From Clostridia bacterium (lineage in GTDB: Bacteria; Bacillota; Clostridia; Christensenellales; UBA1242), in contig JAZSRL010000006.1 of assembly GCA_045538455.1 (NCBI GenBank), forward strand, positions 131,690 to 195,689: a stretch of DNA of 64,000 bases. The letters are read 5' to 3'. This document shows, piece after piece, positions 48,601 through 57,321 of the stretch (positions within the stretch are counted from its first letter, which is position 1; each line of letters begins with the position of its first letter). A program made the translations under genes and the position numbers. The notes beneath the pieces are model-generated. The model searched no databases and had not been told where the DNA came from. It saw nothing but the letters and a program-made list of their open reading frames with translations.

Positions 48601-51600
48601 TTGGTGCTGTTATCGTGTCTTCACTTAAACCCCATTCGCAGACAAGGTCTGGATTTAATTCGTGAGTATTTAAGTTTATACCATTATTGTCTAATGTAAT
48701 TGTAGTTTTTCCGTCAATGAATGTTGCTAACGATTGTGCTTGCCCAATATAAACTAATCCCTCGTTTTCACTAATTCCAATATTACTTAAACTTAATGTA
48801 GCTTTGAAAATTTGTGCAAATTCTTCTTCAGAATAAAGTTTTACATAATCATTTATATTTTTTTGGTTTGTAACTGAATTGGATTTAGTTGTTACTTTAA
48901 TCCATATGTAATATTTATCCGCATCGCGTGCTTCCAAATCCGCAATCTCAGATACATAACTTGCTGGTTGAATTTCTGGGTTGTTTGAATATCCGTATTC
49001 AACAGATTCAACATTTTCAGCATTTAAAGTGTTTCCATTAATATTTTGGACTACTTCTGTTGTAATTAAGTCTTGGTTTTGTCCATTGTATGTCAATGCT
49101 TGGTTAATGTTTATGCCACTTAATTCTATGTTGTCTCCTGTCGCTGGTGTAATTGTAACTTTTGCGACATATTTACGATCGATACTTGTGTGGTTTTCTC
49201 CTGCTTCAAACGCAACCCAAATATAATAAGTACCGGCATTTAATTCTGTTACTTCACTTAAATTGTACGCACGGTCTTCTTTAGTGGTACCTTCGGTTGT
49301 AAATTCATCTCTGTCTCCGCTAATGTAGTATTTGACAGTACCTAAATTACCTTCCAAATCTGTACCATTTCCCATTTGTAGTTTCGGCGCAGATGTAATT
49401 AAGCGAACTTCTTCACCTGTGTATACCAAGTCGTCTTCTTTGGCAATACCCAATCCTACAATATTTAATTTGAGTCCATCAATGCGTGTAATTTCTGTCA
49501 AACTGTCGCCTAATACTGGCACAATATAATCAGTAGATTGGTCAATATTTGTGGTTGTTGTTAACCATACAAATAATTGGTATTTTCCAACTTGCGTTTC
49601 TTTTGCGTCCGCAAGACTGCCATACCATGTTGAAGTCTTTGTCGGTTCGAACTCACCTTCGCCTACAAAACAATATTTAATGTCAGTTATTTCTTTATCA
49701 GTAATTTCTTTGTTGGTTGTTGGAATAATTGCAATTAATTCACCTGCTGCTATTGCTTGTTCATCGCCTGAAAACTCTTTTGGAGTTGCATTAATACCTG
49801 AAAGTTTAATATCCGAATGTTTTGCCGGTGCGATAATTGCTGCATAGTTTGTAAAGGCAACTACTTCACTCTCAATACAACTTCCGTCTTCAACTTTTAC
49901 AAACACAATTAAGTAATATGTGTCCGCGTTCGTTTGTTTCAGTGTTTTGTAATCAGTACTCCAACCATTTGCAATCAAATCACCTTCAATGGACGGATAT
50001 ACAGATGCATCATCACTTAAATAGTAGTATGGTGTATACGCATAATCTTCATTTGGTACTACTTTGTATTGACTGGTTTCTGCACTATTTGGAACGCTTA
50101 CTTTTAGAGCAAAGCCACTAATCAATGCTTGACCTTCAGCATTAAAGCGTAAATCTTCAATTACTGTCACTGTCGATTGGTCATATTTTTGTTCAGATGC
50201 CAAATTAATCTTAATTGCGTAGTTTTTGTTGTAACAAACTGGATCAATACCTTTGTGGTTCTTACCACTATCATCTACGCGTACCCAAATATAATAACTA
50301 CCTACTTTGCGTGCTTTCAGGTCTGCGAAGTTTGGTGTCCAGCAATCTTCTTCAATTGCCGGTGCTTCTGTATTTGAACTTGTCAATGCGTAGTAAATTT
50401 TACCCATTGTTTGACTTTCGGCACCAGTCGAATATTTTATACTTGTTCCGTTGATTGTGTAATCCAACGCAGCTTCTAAGAATGTATGATCCGCTGCATT
50501 GTAATCATATTCGTGTTCTTTTGTCCATGTACATGCTTGCATGGTAATTTCCGCACGCTGAATTTTAACTGTAATACTACTTGGCGATACCGCACTTTCG
50601 TTTTGACTAGCCGCAACATAACGATACCATAATGTGTATTCTCCTGCGTCTTTTTGACTTGCTAAGTTATCAAATGAAACATAATTTGCGTCGGTATTCC
50701 ATGCATACTCTAATTCACGATTTTCTTCTCCAATTATAGCAAAACCTTTTGTAATCAATTCGCTTGCTGTTCTTGATTCTCCATTGTAAATCACATCATT
50801 AGATTGCGGGATAATTGCTGTCGCATCTTGTGGATAAATTGTTACCTCATAATATGGATAACCTGTACTTGGTTGTGATTCCGCAACGAACGATCCATCA
50901 CTCGTAGCTGCACCGCGATAGTAAATTTTATAGGTACCTGCAGTAGTCGGACAAACTGCGTCACCATAAGCCGAGAAGGTTGTACCATTTAATGAATATT
51001 CCACCGCTGGCGAAATTTGCGCACTTGGTATAATCAAGTCTACCGGTGAACCATTGGCAACTAATCTATCTGTTTTCTTTTGTGGTTGTAAGTTACTGTC
51101 AACAAATGAACTTGCCGCCACAATTTTTGCAGTTTTATTGGTATTAATTGTTGTCGCCAAATTAACATTTTTGTCGTTAATGGTAACCTTTACCCATAAG
51201 TAATACGCTGACTTCACTGCTGTCGCCTCTGCAGCCGCAATTGTATCTACCCAACCACTTGTGCTTGCGGTTATTCCTGAACTCTGATCCGAAATTAAAT
51301 ATTGATAAGATACTGTGCCGTTATATGCTGCACCATTGAAGTTAATACTTGGTATTGTCGATGTCGCATCAAACAATGCTTGACTCTTCGCTATGTATGT
51401 TCTTGCCGAAGTCGAGAAGTCATATTTGAAAACCGAACCATTACTGCTCTTGGCGGTGGCAATATCCTCACTTTTCAATGTAACTTCGTTTGTACCTAAA
51501 CTGGTTATTTGCGTAATTTTGAATTTAGGAACAACCACATTACTTTCGTAAGAGTAACGGTAATGTGTTGAACCCGCTTTGACATTGTCTCCACCCGTCC

Positions 51601-54600
51601 ATTTTACCCAAATATAATAGGTAGTACCACAATCTTTAATGCCCAACTGACCTATTGCATCAATACTATAATAACTGGTTGATGCTTCCGTTTCAGTACC
51701 GACCGCGAACGACAAGGTACCAAATTCGTCGGATGTAATTTGGGCATTGTTTACGGTAGCCGTCGGTGTTTCCGATTTGGTTGCTAATGTATATGCACCG
51801 TTTTTAAATGGTTTACTGAAAACATGACTTGTATCTGGTGTGCCCCAGTTGCTGAATGACAAACCCGTAAATTCCAAGTTCGCATCCAATGCAGTGTACT
51901 TGTTAACTTGCAATGTCCCATAAATCTCACCGTTCGATGCCGCAACAGTCGGGCTGGCATCCCATTTCACCCATAAATAGTACGGTGTATCCTTCGCCGC
52001 GGTGACTTCAAGCGTACTTAAATCTTCTGTCCATGATGATGATGATGGTTTAGTTGTTGCATCGTTTGTAAAAGCATAATAGGTGGTTCCCAAGTCAACT
52101 TTTTCTGTTGCCTTAGCGGCACCAGTCGCCAATTTATATGGACTGCCGCTGTAAGTAACTGTACCGGCTCTAATGTCTGATGTCGCGCCCGTCATAGTCA
52201 AACCATCCAAAGTTACATCGTCAAAACCAGCAACGGTAAAGCTGTCGCCCAAGAATGTGGATCCGGTTGTCAGGTTTGCGTGTTGAAGAACTCTGAACCA
52301 TAAATACCATGTTGTCGCTTGGTTAACAGTTTCCTCTTTAATTGCCGCATTCAAAGCCTCTGCATTCAAAGCCTCTGCCGTGGTATATGGTTTATATCCA
52401 CTACTTGGCGCTGTCGAAGCTGTCGTCAAAATATATTGCAATTGATTGGTATTGTTTGTCTCGCCGTTTAATGAAAGTTGTTTGGTGGTAATACCATTAT
52501 CTGTGTCAATACCACAAACTTTTAAATCCACAGCCACGCTTGAATATGGCGTACATACCGCATTGGCATTTAATTTTAAAGAAGTATTATATGTCAAACC
52601 ACTGACCGTCACATTGTCAGGTGTCGCAGCAATTTGATTAATCCTTGTCGTACCAATTTCCTTATAACTTTCTTGCGTGCTGTATTGATAAACTGCAGTA
52701 CCTGTTACATTTTTTAATGTCCATTTTGCATAAACTTTAATTGTCGCAGCGGAAGTGCCAGTAAAAGAACTATAGTTACTATACTCATTTACCAATGTAC
52801 GACCATCAATATATGTCCTTACCACCTTATACATAACATCAAAATGTGATGTTGGTGCGGTGGATGTTAAGGTTGGCGCTTGGGCAAATACAGCATGGCT
52901 TTGTCCATCGTAGTTACATTCCCCTGCCAAATTCGGGGTGATTGACAAACTTGCTTTGCCAATGGTTGCGTAGACATCCGCATTGTTTGCGTCCTTAACT
53001 ATCGCCCAGCTCGTGCCGCTACAGTTTGCCGACTCGGTCAAGCGATACCATAAAAAGTATTTGATTTGTTCGGTTGCGGATGTCCAACCGTCTTGGGCTT
53101 GCAACGCCGACAAATCCGTGGTGACCGTGCTGGATATTGGCGCCGTCGCCGACGCAAGTGTGGAATATCCGTATTCAATGGATTGACCCACAGATGTACC
53201 GTCATAGATGTGTCCAGCACCAGTAAACAGTGTTAGACCTTCACCGGTATAAAACAAATTTGTCTTTGCTGTTAACACCGATGACCCTTTGTTATCTAAT
53301 TTTGGTGTTGACATTTCAATCGTGGCCGCAACAGGACCCGACCAAGATGTGTGGTTGTCATAATTTGCACTGCCGTTAAAACGATACCAACAATAATAGG
53401 TACCAAAATTTGTACGCGTCAAGGTTTCTACATCCTCAACACCGGTCACAGTCGATGCTGGTGCAGCGTTTTCGTCGGTTACATAGTACTCTATGTGACC
53501 GTCGGTTACGGCTACATTATCGCTATCTAATGCAACTTTTGAACCTGTAAACAAAATTTGTGCGCTATTGGTAAATGGCATCAAATTCGGATGCGCCGTA
53601 ATTGTACCAGTTCCTTCTTTAGTTATATTAACAGTTGCGCGTGCCATGGTTGCACGAAGATTCGAATATACCCACCCAGTTGTTGCTGCACAGTTAGTCG
53701 TACCATTTTGTTGATACCACAAGTAAAACTCACCCGTTCCAACATTTGTTGATACTAAATCACTAACATCTGTCTTAACATTAGCATTGGTCACAGCAAC
53801 GGTTGGTGTAGCTGAAGTACCCGTCACATAATAATAAATTGTATCACCATCACCCGTACTGTTTGCCGCCGCATTTTCTACGCCTACGGCTTCGAACAAT
53901 TTTTGGGAATTTTTGTTATAGGTCAAACTTTGTGCCACAAGTGAACTGTTTGCAGTGAATGTCGGTGCGGCAAGCTTGGAAATTGTTTTGCTGAGATATG
54001 TTCCGTCGGATAATTTAACCCTCTGCGCAGGAACTGCGGTACAATAGTCGGTTGCGTCAACTTTGTACCACAAATAATAGGTACCAATTGCTTGGCCTGC
54101 TGCAAGTTTTACAGCAGAAATATCAGTTGTCCAATCGCCTGTTGCTGCGGAAGATGAACCAAGTGCGTATTGAATCTTTCCGTTACTGTCTGTATAACCA
54201 GCACCTTTAAACAAAGTCCGTGCCTCTTGAGCATTAAAATATACGGCGTCAGTTGTTGCAACATCCAAACTATCTTTTTCTAATTTACACTCGTCTTTTT
54301 TGTCAATAATAACCGATTTGGATAAATAAACTGGTGAGTCAATATGTGATGTATTTTCCGTTTTTTCATCGATACTTGATTTTGCAAAAATATAATAAGT
54401 ACCAGGTTCCTCTGCAGCAAGCGACAACACGGTACCCCATTCGCCAATTTTTGTCGCATCGCTCCATGCGCTGGATGTATTTAAACAATACACGAATTTC
54501 GACAAGTCGCCATTAGTACAAACCGCTTCCAAAGTCGAATTCGGACACACATATTGTGAACTGCCGTTCCATTCCAAACCAGTTTTAACACTAATATTTG

Positions 54601-57283
54601 AACCGTCCAATTTAGGGTCAGCTTGTGGTTTAATTATCACCGATTTATTTGCCGATTTCCATCCGGTATCTTCGTAATTACCATTCTCTGCCACCCTAAA
54701 GAGCAGATAATATGTTCCTGCATTTTTAATTTTCAATGATGTTGTTGCTTGCGCGGTATTTCCTTCCGCTGGTGTACCGTCACTGGTTGTTGCCCACCCA
54801 TAAGTAATTGCATCAGTTGCTGTGTTACCTGTTGTAACAGTTATTTTACCACTAAACGGATATCTATACTCATTATTAAAGGTATATTCAGCTTGTGCTA
54901 CAGCGCAGTTGTTAGTAAAGTCATATTGATCACCTTTGGCAATTTCATTGTAAACAGTCGAATACGCCCATTCGGTGCCGGCGTAGTTACCTTTGCCGGT
55001 AGATTTATACCACAAATACCATGGTCCCGCATTAGTTGGTTGTGCCGCAGCCGCCGAATTATAAGTTGTATTAGGGATTGTCATTACATCCGACCGAGTC
55101 GACAAACCATAAAGAATGGTACCATCACCGTATTCAAAGGCTGCTTCGTTTTTAAACAATTGCTGCGGAGAACCATTGTATTTTGCCGTAGTAGTATATT
55201 TCGCCAAATTGTTTGGTTTTAATTTTGACGCAGCCGCAGTCACTTGCACAGCAGCAAGACCAGCCTCCTCCCAAACATGGTCGTCCCAACATTGGATATC
55301 ATTTACTTTTTTACCTTCTAATTTATACCATAAGTAGTATGTACCAATATTCGCAGCTTTCACTTTTGTGATATCACTCTCTCCAGCGACAGTGGGAGCA
55401 TCTGACGCAGACTTACCGAGCGACAATGCATATTTAATCGTACCAGAACCTTTCGTGATGGTACCATTACCCTTAAATAACTGAACACCGCCCGACTTCC
55501 ATGCAACAGTGGAGCCAACCACAAAAAGTCCGGCCGCAGAAATATCGGTTGCAGCTTTATAAATTATTTTATCACCCAAACCAGATTTAGTCCACCCCAC
55601 CGCTGTATAATTCGTATTTGATTCACGACGGTAATACAAAGTGTAAGTACCCGGATATGTTACTGTCGGCAAACTGGTACTACCACCCGTGTTGGTGTCA
55701 TTTGGTTTATTTCCAGTTGTTGTCACAGCGTAATAAACGGTACCACCCACACCGCCAGCAGCTTTACCAGCAGTAAACATAGTAATACTGCTGCCCGTGT
55801 AAGATTGCTTTTGCGAAGTATAAAAAGACAAGTTGCCATCATCCAGTGTACCTGTACCTTGGGAAACGGTCGCAGTAGCGACTTCGAGCCAAGAAGTGTC
55901 ATTCCAGTTGCTGTCGCCGGTAATTTTGTACCATAAGGTATAGGTTCCAACACCTAATTCCGTGGTAATATCAGAAAGTTTTGTTACAGTTGTTGACGGT
56001 CCGGTTGCATTCGCCGCGGTCGAATAACCGTAGGTAATACTACCGCCACCAGCCAAACCATCAGACACAGTTACCGAACCCGAGAACAACGCCGCACCAG
56101 TCCCGTATGTACCGTTTGTCGCTGTCGGCTCTTTGGTAATATAACCCGGAGTTAGGTCGGATTTGGTAATAGTGAGAACTGCTGGCCAAAGTTCGAACCA
56201 AGACAATGCATTATAATTGTCATCGGCAGTTGCCATACCGTATAAATTATACGTACCAACATTGGTTGCGGTAAACGTATTTTTTATATAATCCAGTGTA
56301 AAACCCAAAGATACTTCAGGCTTAGACGTGGAAACCATGTAGTATTCAGTACCGCCAAACGCTCCAAAACTTACATACCCAGAGATCTTATGCCCGTTTG
56401 AATCATAAGCCACAGTCTTCGCCTCCCCGTATGGAGAGCTCCCCAAAACCCCATTATCGCCTTTTGACACTGTCGCGGAGAGACCTGTATAGAAAGTTCC
56501 TGTATTAAAATACGGGTTCTGCTGCACTTCACACCATAAGTAATTTGTACCGGCACCATAGGCTATTACCTCATCCTGCCTGTCATAGCGCTGCGTTGTG
56601 GCACCCGAAACACTGCTCGAGCTCGAGTGCGCGAAATATTTCACGTAGCCCGCCAATTCAGCCCAATTCTCAGTAAACCCGCCTGAGCCAGTAAACAAAG
56701 TGGGGCCGTTTCTCGTGAAAGGCTTCAAATCAGGGCACATCTTCAGATTACTTTTCGCAGTCCCCCCCGGCAAAGACACTCCACTAATACTTCCCTTGCT
56801 CACTGTTACCGTGCCGATATTCTTCCATTCAGAATACCGAGAATAAGCACTCCAACTATCGCTACTACCTGGCGTAATATGGTATATTAATCGGTATTGA
56901 ACCGTAGTTGTAGTACCGATTCCAAAAAGTCCCCAGTTACCCGTATTGCCTGCGAACGTAGACACAGGGGCCATCTCAATACCCCCATAAACTGTTCTAT
57001 ATTGGACTGTAAAAAGACCCGATTCCGGATTTGGGGCCGTTTTAATAGGATTTGTAGAGTAACCATTATAAGTAATCGAACTATAAACCTCGGGGGTATT
57101 AGTGATATATTTAGACGGATTAAAATTATTGCCAGGATCGGCAGCCTTTAAATTGGAAATTTCGTAGTTGGTTAATTGTTTAATTCCAAACAAATTTGCC
57201 GCGAACGGAAAAGCAGCCACCGCCGCCAAGACCGCGATTAAAACAAAGATAGTCGATTTTAATTTATTCCCCAATTTCCCCAT
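45629..57283 (-). CDS. Giant (3,884-aa) membrane-anchored surface repeat protein, putative adhesin
   Basis: One uninterrupted 11,655-nt ORF. N-terminal signal/TM 'IFVLIAVLAAVAAFPFAA'. I counted about 30 occurrences of a repeat signature such as 'GTYTLWYKITGDSNWNDTSW', 'GTYYLWYKVDATDY', 'GTYYIWVAFEAGENH' and 'GNYTIWYRVHTSENYNF', spaced roughly 100 aa apart. Near the C-terminus are two Listeria-Bacteroides-type repeats ('YKITYDANGGEG...GWNDS...VLYAQY'), then an (EP)n linker, a TM helix and 'RKRRR'. Confidence 0.85.
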   Translation of the reverse strand: MGKLGNKLKSTIFVLIAVLAAVAAFPFAANLFGIKQLTNYEISNLKAADPGNNFNPSKYITNTPEVYSSITYNGYSTNPIKTAPNPESGLFTVQYRTVYGGIEMAPVSTFAGNTGNWGLFGIGTTTTVQYRLIYHITPGSSDSWSAYSRYSEWKNIGTVTVSKGSISGVSLPGGTAKSNLKMCPDLKPFTRNGPTLFTGSGGFTENWAELAGYVKYFAHSSSSSVSGATTQRYDRQDEVIAYGAGTNYLWCEVQQNPYFNTGTFYTGLSATVSKGDNGVLGSSPYGEAKTVAYDSNGHKISGYVSFGAFGGTEYYMVSTSKPEVSLGFTLDYIKNTFTATNVGTYNLYGMATADDNYNALSWFELWPAVLTITKSDLTPGYITKEPTATNGTYGTGAALFSGSVTVSDGLAGGGSITYGYSTAANATGPSTTVTKLSDITTELGVGTYTLWYKITGDSNWNDTSWLEVATATVSQGTGTLDDGNLSFYTSQKQSYTGSSITMFTAGKAAGGVGGTVYYAVTTTGNKPNDTNTGGSTSLPTVTYPGTYTLYYRRESNTNYTAVGWTKSGLGDKIIYKAATDISAAGLFVVGSTVAWKSGGVQLFKGNGTITKGSGTIKYALSLGKSASDAPTVAGESDITKVKAANIGTYYLWYKLEGKKVNDIQCWDDHVWEEAGLAAVQVTAAASKLKPNNLAKYTTTAKYNGSPQQLFKNEAAFEYGDGTILYGLSTRSDVMTIPNTTYNSAAAAQPTNAGPWYLWYKSTGKGNYAGTEWAYSTVYNEIAKGDQYDFTNNCAVAQAEYTFNNEYRYPFSGKITVTTGNTATDAITYGWATTSDGTPAEGNTAQATTSLKIKNAGTYYLLFRVAENGNYEDTGWKSANKSVIIKPQADPKLDGSNISVKTGLEWNGSSQYVCPNSTLEAVCTNGDLSKFVYCLNTSSAWSDATKIGEWGTVLSLAAEEPGTYYIFAKSSIDEKTENTSHIDSPVYLSKSVIIDKKDECKLEKDSLDVATTDAVYFNAQEARTLFKGAGYTDSNGKIQYALGSSSAATGDWTTDISAVKLAAGQAIGTYYLWYKVDATDYCTAVPAQRVKLSDGTYLSKTISKLAAPTFTANSSLVAQSLTYNKNSQKLFEAVGVENAAANSTGDGDTIYYYVTGTSATPTVAVTNANVKTDVSDLVSTNVGTGEFYLWYQQNGTTNCAATTGWVYSNLRATMARATVNITKEGTGTITAHPNLMPFTNSAQILFTGSKVALDSDNVAVTDGHIEYYVTDENAAPASTVTGVEDVETLTRTNFGTYYCWYRFNGSANYDNHTSWSGPVAATIEMSTPKLDNKGSSVLTAKTNLFYTGEGLTLFTGAGHIYDGTSVGQSIEYGYSTLASATAPISSTVTTDLSALQAQDGWTSATEQIKYFLWYRLTESANCSGTSWAIVKDANNADVYATIGKASLSITPNLAGECNYDGQSHAVFAQAPTLTSTAPTSHFDVMYKVVRTYIDGRTLVNEYSNYSSFTGTSAATIKVYAKWTLKNVTGTAVYQYSTQESYKEIGTTRINQIAATPDNVTVSGLTYNTSLKLNANAVCTPYSSVAVDLKVCGIDTDNGITTKQLSLNGETNNTNQLQYILTTASTAPSSGYKPYTTAEALNAEALNAAIKEETVNQATTWYLWFRVLQHANLTTGSTFLGDSFTVAGFDDVTLDGLTMTGATSDIRAGTVTYSGSPYKLATGAAKATEKVDLGTTYYAFTNDATTKPSSSSWTEDLSTLEVTAAKDTPYYLWVKWDASPTVAASNGEIYGTLQVNKYTALDANLEFTGLSFSNWGTPDTSHVFSKPFKNGAYTLATKSETPTATVNNAQITSDEFGTLSFAVGTETEASTSYYSIDAIGQLGIKDCGTTYYIWVKWTGGDNVKAGSTHYRYSYESNVVVPKFKITQITSLGTNEVTLKSEDIATAKSSNGSVFKYDFSTSARTYIAKSQALFDATSTIPSINFNGAAYNGTVSYQYLISDQSSGITASTSGWVDTIAAAEATAVKSAYYLWVKVTINDKNVNLATTINTNKTAKIVAASSFVDSNLQPQKKTDRLVANGSPVDLIIPSAQISPAVEYSLNGTTFSAYGDAVCPTTAGTYKIYYRGAATSDGSFVAESQPSTGYPYYEVTIYPQDATAIIPQSNDVIYNGESRTASELITKGFAIIGEENRELEYAWNTDANYVSFDNLASQKDAGEYTLWYRYVAASQNESAVSPSSITVKIQRAEITMQACTWTKEHEYDYNAADHTFLEAALDYTINGTSIKYSTGAESQTMGKIYYALTSSNTEAPAIEEDCWTPNFADLKARKVGSYYIWVRVDDSGKNHKGIDPVCYNKNYAIKINLASEQKYDQSTVTVIEDLRFNAEGQALISGFALKVSVPNSAETSQYKVVPNEDYAYTPYYYLSDDASVYPSIEGDLIANGWSTDYKTLKQTNADTYYLIVFVKVEDGSCIESEVVAFTNYAAIIAPAKHSDIKLSGINATPKEFSGDEQAIAAGELIAIIPTTNKEITDKEITDIKYCFVGEGEFEPTKTSTWYGSLADAKETQVGKYQLFVWLTTTTNIDQSTDYIVPVLGDSLTEITRIDGLKLNIVGLGIAKEDDLVYTGEEVRLITSAPKLQMGNGTDLEGNLGTVKYYISGDRDEFTTEGTTKEDRAYNLSEVTELNAGTYYIWVAFEAGENHTSIDRKYVAKVTITPATGDNIELSGININQALTYNGQNQDLITTEVVQNINGNTLNAENVESVEYGYSNNPEIQPASYVSEIADLEARDADKYYIWIKVTTKSNSVTNQKNINDYVKLYSEEEFAQIFKATLSLSNIGISENEGLVYIGQAQSLATFIDGKTTITLDNNGINLNTHELNPDLVCEWGLSEDTITAPTTWVEDINELEGTNAGDYYLWVRVENESKNFNAFKAKHYKTINIGQADICLEENLIVKTGLKYTGTEQNLVESAPIIKFRAVNGEYIEATGLVVKYAIIAEEILTVDIEELKATDAKVYEIYYYIEADAENNNWELTEFTADVEIAKVAADIEGIGLSAVPEAKEELTYNGTIQDLITFGALASIEGDRGAGLEGSQIVFFYNDAPNIKYSYSFNQSENKHVWLNDAALPGKQNVGTYEITYYVTASTTGNFVESEAKTLTVEITSCDVQWEQRPTAKTGLKYPGYNIPLIEAGVLTATENEELYVEYTLDAPEVGQRTWQKDMPEADKAGNYTIWYRVHTSENYNFVGTEDNTTGEKLEIVVESYTLSVVSRPQSKQMMYTGESQEIIFEGAELSTDEGNLTENAPFFEYSLDGNVYRPVLELKNTGTYNVYYRINYNDTIFTFVPNEVCESDGRSTPLLITITINKLTFGENTLKAVYEDGEMTYINGSYPFMNEEIADHIQYFYRKSGTEGWTPWEAGALENAELGTYEFKLKLTAPNDDANFYDFEQTGEYSTYIVKRNRVVEIVMGDYNAQHGFPTVRAWVDLDGATTYETAVFRVEGTVAKNGKLTLGITDVSEANDNALIRVEVVSAGYFYMSSETLAEATKLSILLSSEIVNQTAINQGLIEETTYLYVYELYKITYDANGGEGTIEEDWKWHGIDLTLKENTYTKTTENEIELITNGWNDSITGSGKHYGNGSMTYTDNETVVLYAQYFAIDETIYRVEWIIDNGTNRYAVARDGSWYNTSEDSSQGGQLIKEGDLIILPQVNVDKDGNDLAEIFGGYILGWYTEDENMPYEFGMTATRDIVFVALLNEDASDYIECKFYNKDNEEVHSSGKVANGASAYMALSGLDYNTLQTYLENFEAWNELNNAETLDSSKVESGVFNYSLEEKAEEPEPKPEPEPEPEPEIEKSTNTNGTMFVIIGVGVAVSAAMIIIYMIIRKRRR
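46035..46561 (-). other. Listeria-Bacteroides (Flg_new)-type repeat region of the giant protein
   Basis: 'YKITYDANGGEGTIEE...TNGWNDSITGSGKHYGNGSMTYTDNETVVLYAQY' and '...GGYILGWYTEDENMPYEFGMTATRDIVFVALL' match the remembered pattern xFDxNGG...GYxFxGW...LYAxW. Confidence 0.5.
56762..56768 (-). repeat. G7 (coding strand) homopolymer in the 5' part of the giant ORF
   Basis: The plus strand reads tCCCCCCCgg. The coding strand reads TTG CCG GGG GGG ACT (LPGGT), at about codon 173. It is currently in frame. Confidence 0.9.
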
Positions 57284-57292
57284 AATACCTAT

Positions 57293-57321
57293 TATTTATC
57301 ATATTAACGAAATAATGTAAA
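57293..57321 (-). promoter_or_regulatory. Candidate promoter of the giant gene (inside the mtaB-like 3' end)
   Basis: Minus strand: TTTACA (57321-57316), N17 ending TATGA, TAAATA (57298-57293), ATAGGTATT (9 nt), ATG 57283. Confidence 0.45.

Noticed and set aside
45847-57151. About 25 plus-strand ORFs of 60-157 aa inside the giant-gene region, for example 45847..46293, 47446..47811 and 54749..55222
   Set aside because: All are antisense to one continuous 11.7-kb ORF with coherent repeat architecture. Their translations are low-complexity (L/F/S/C/H-rich) with no motifs, which is typical of shadow ORFs opposite a long AT-rich gene.
45629-57283. Whether the regular ~300-bp periodicity could be a CRISPR array or satellite DNA
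   Set aside because: There are no short identical direct repeats with unique spacers. The periodicity exists only at the protein-motif level, within one intact ORF.
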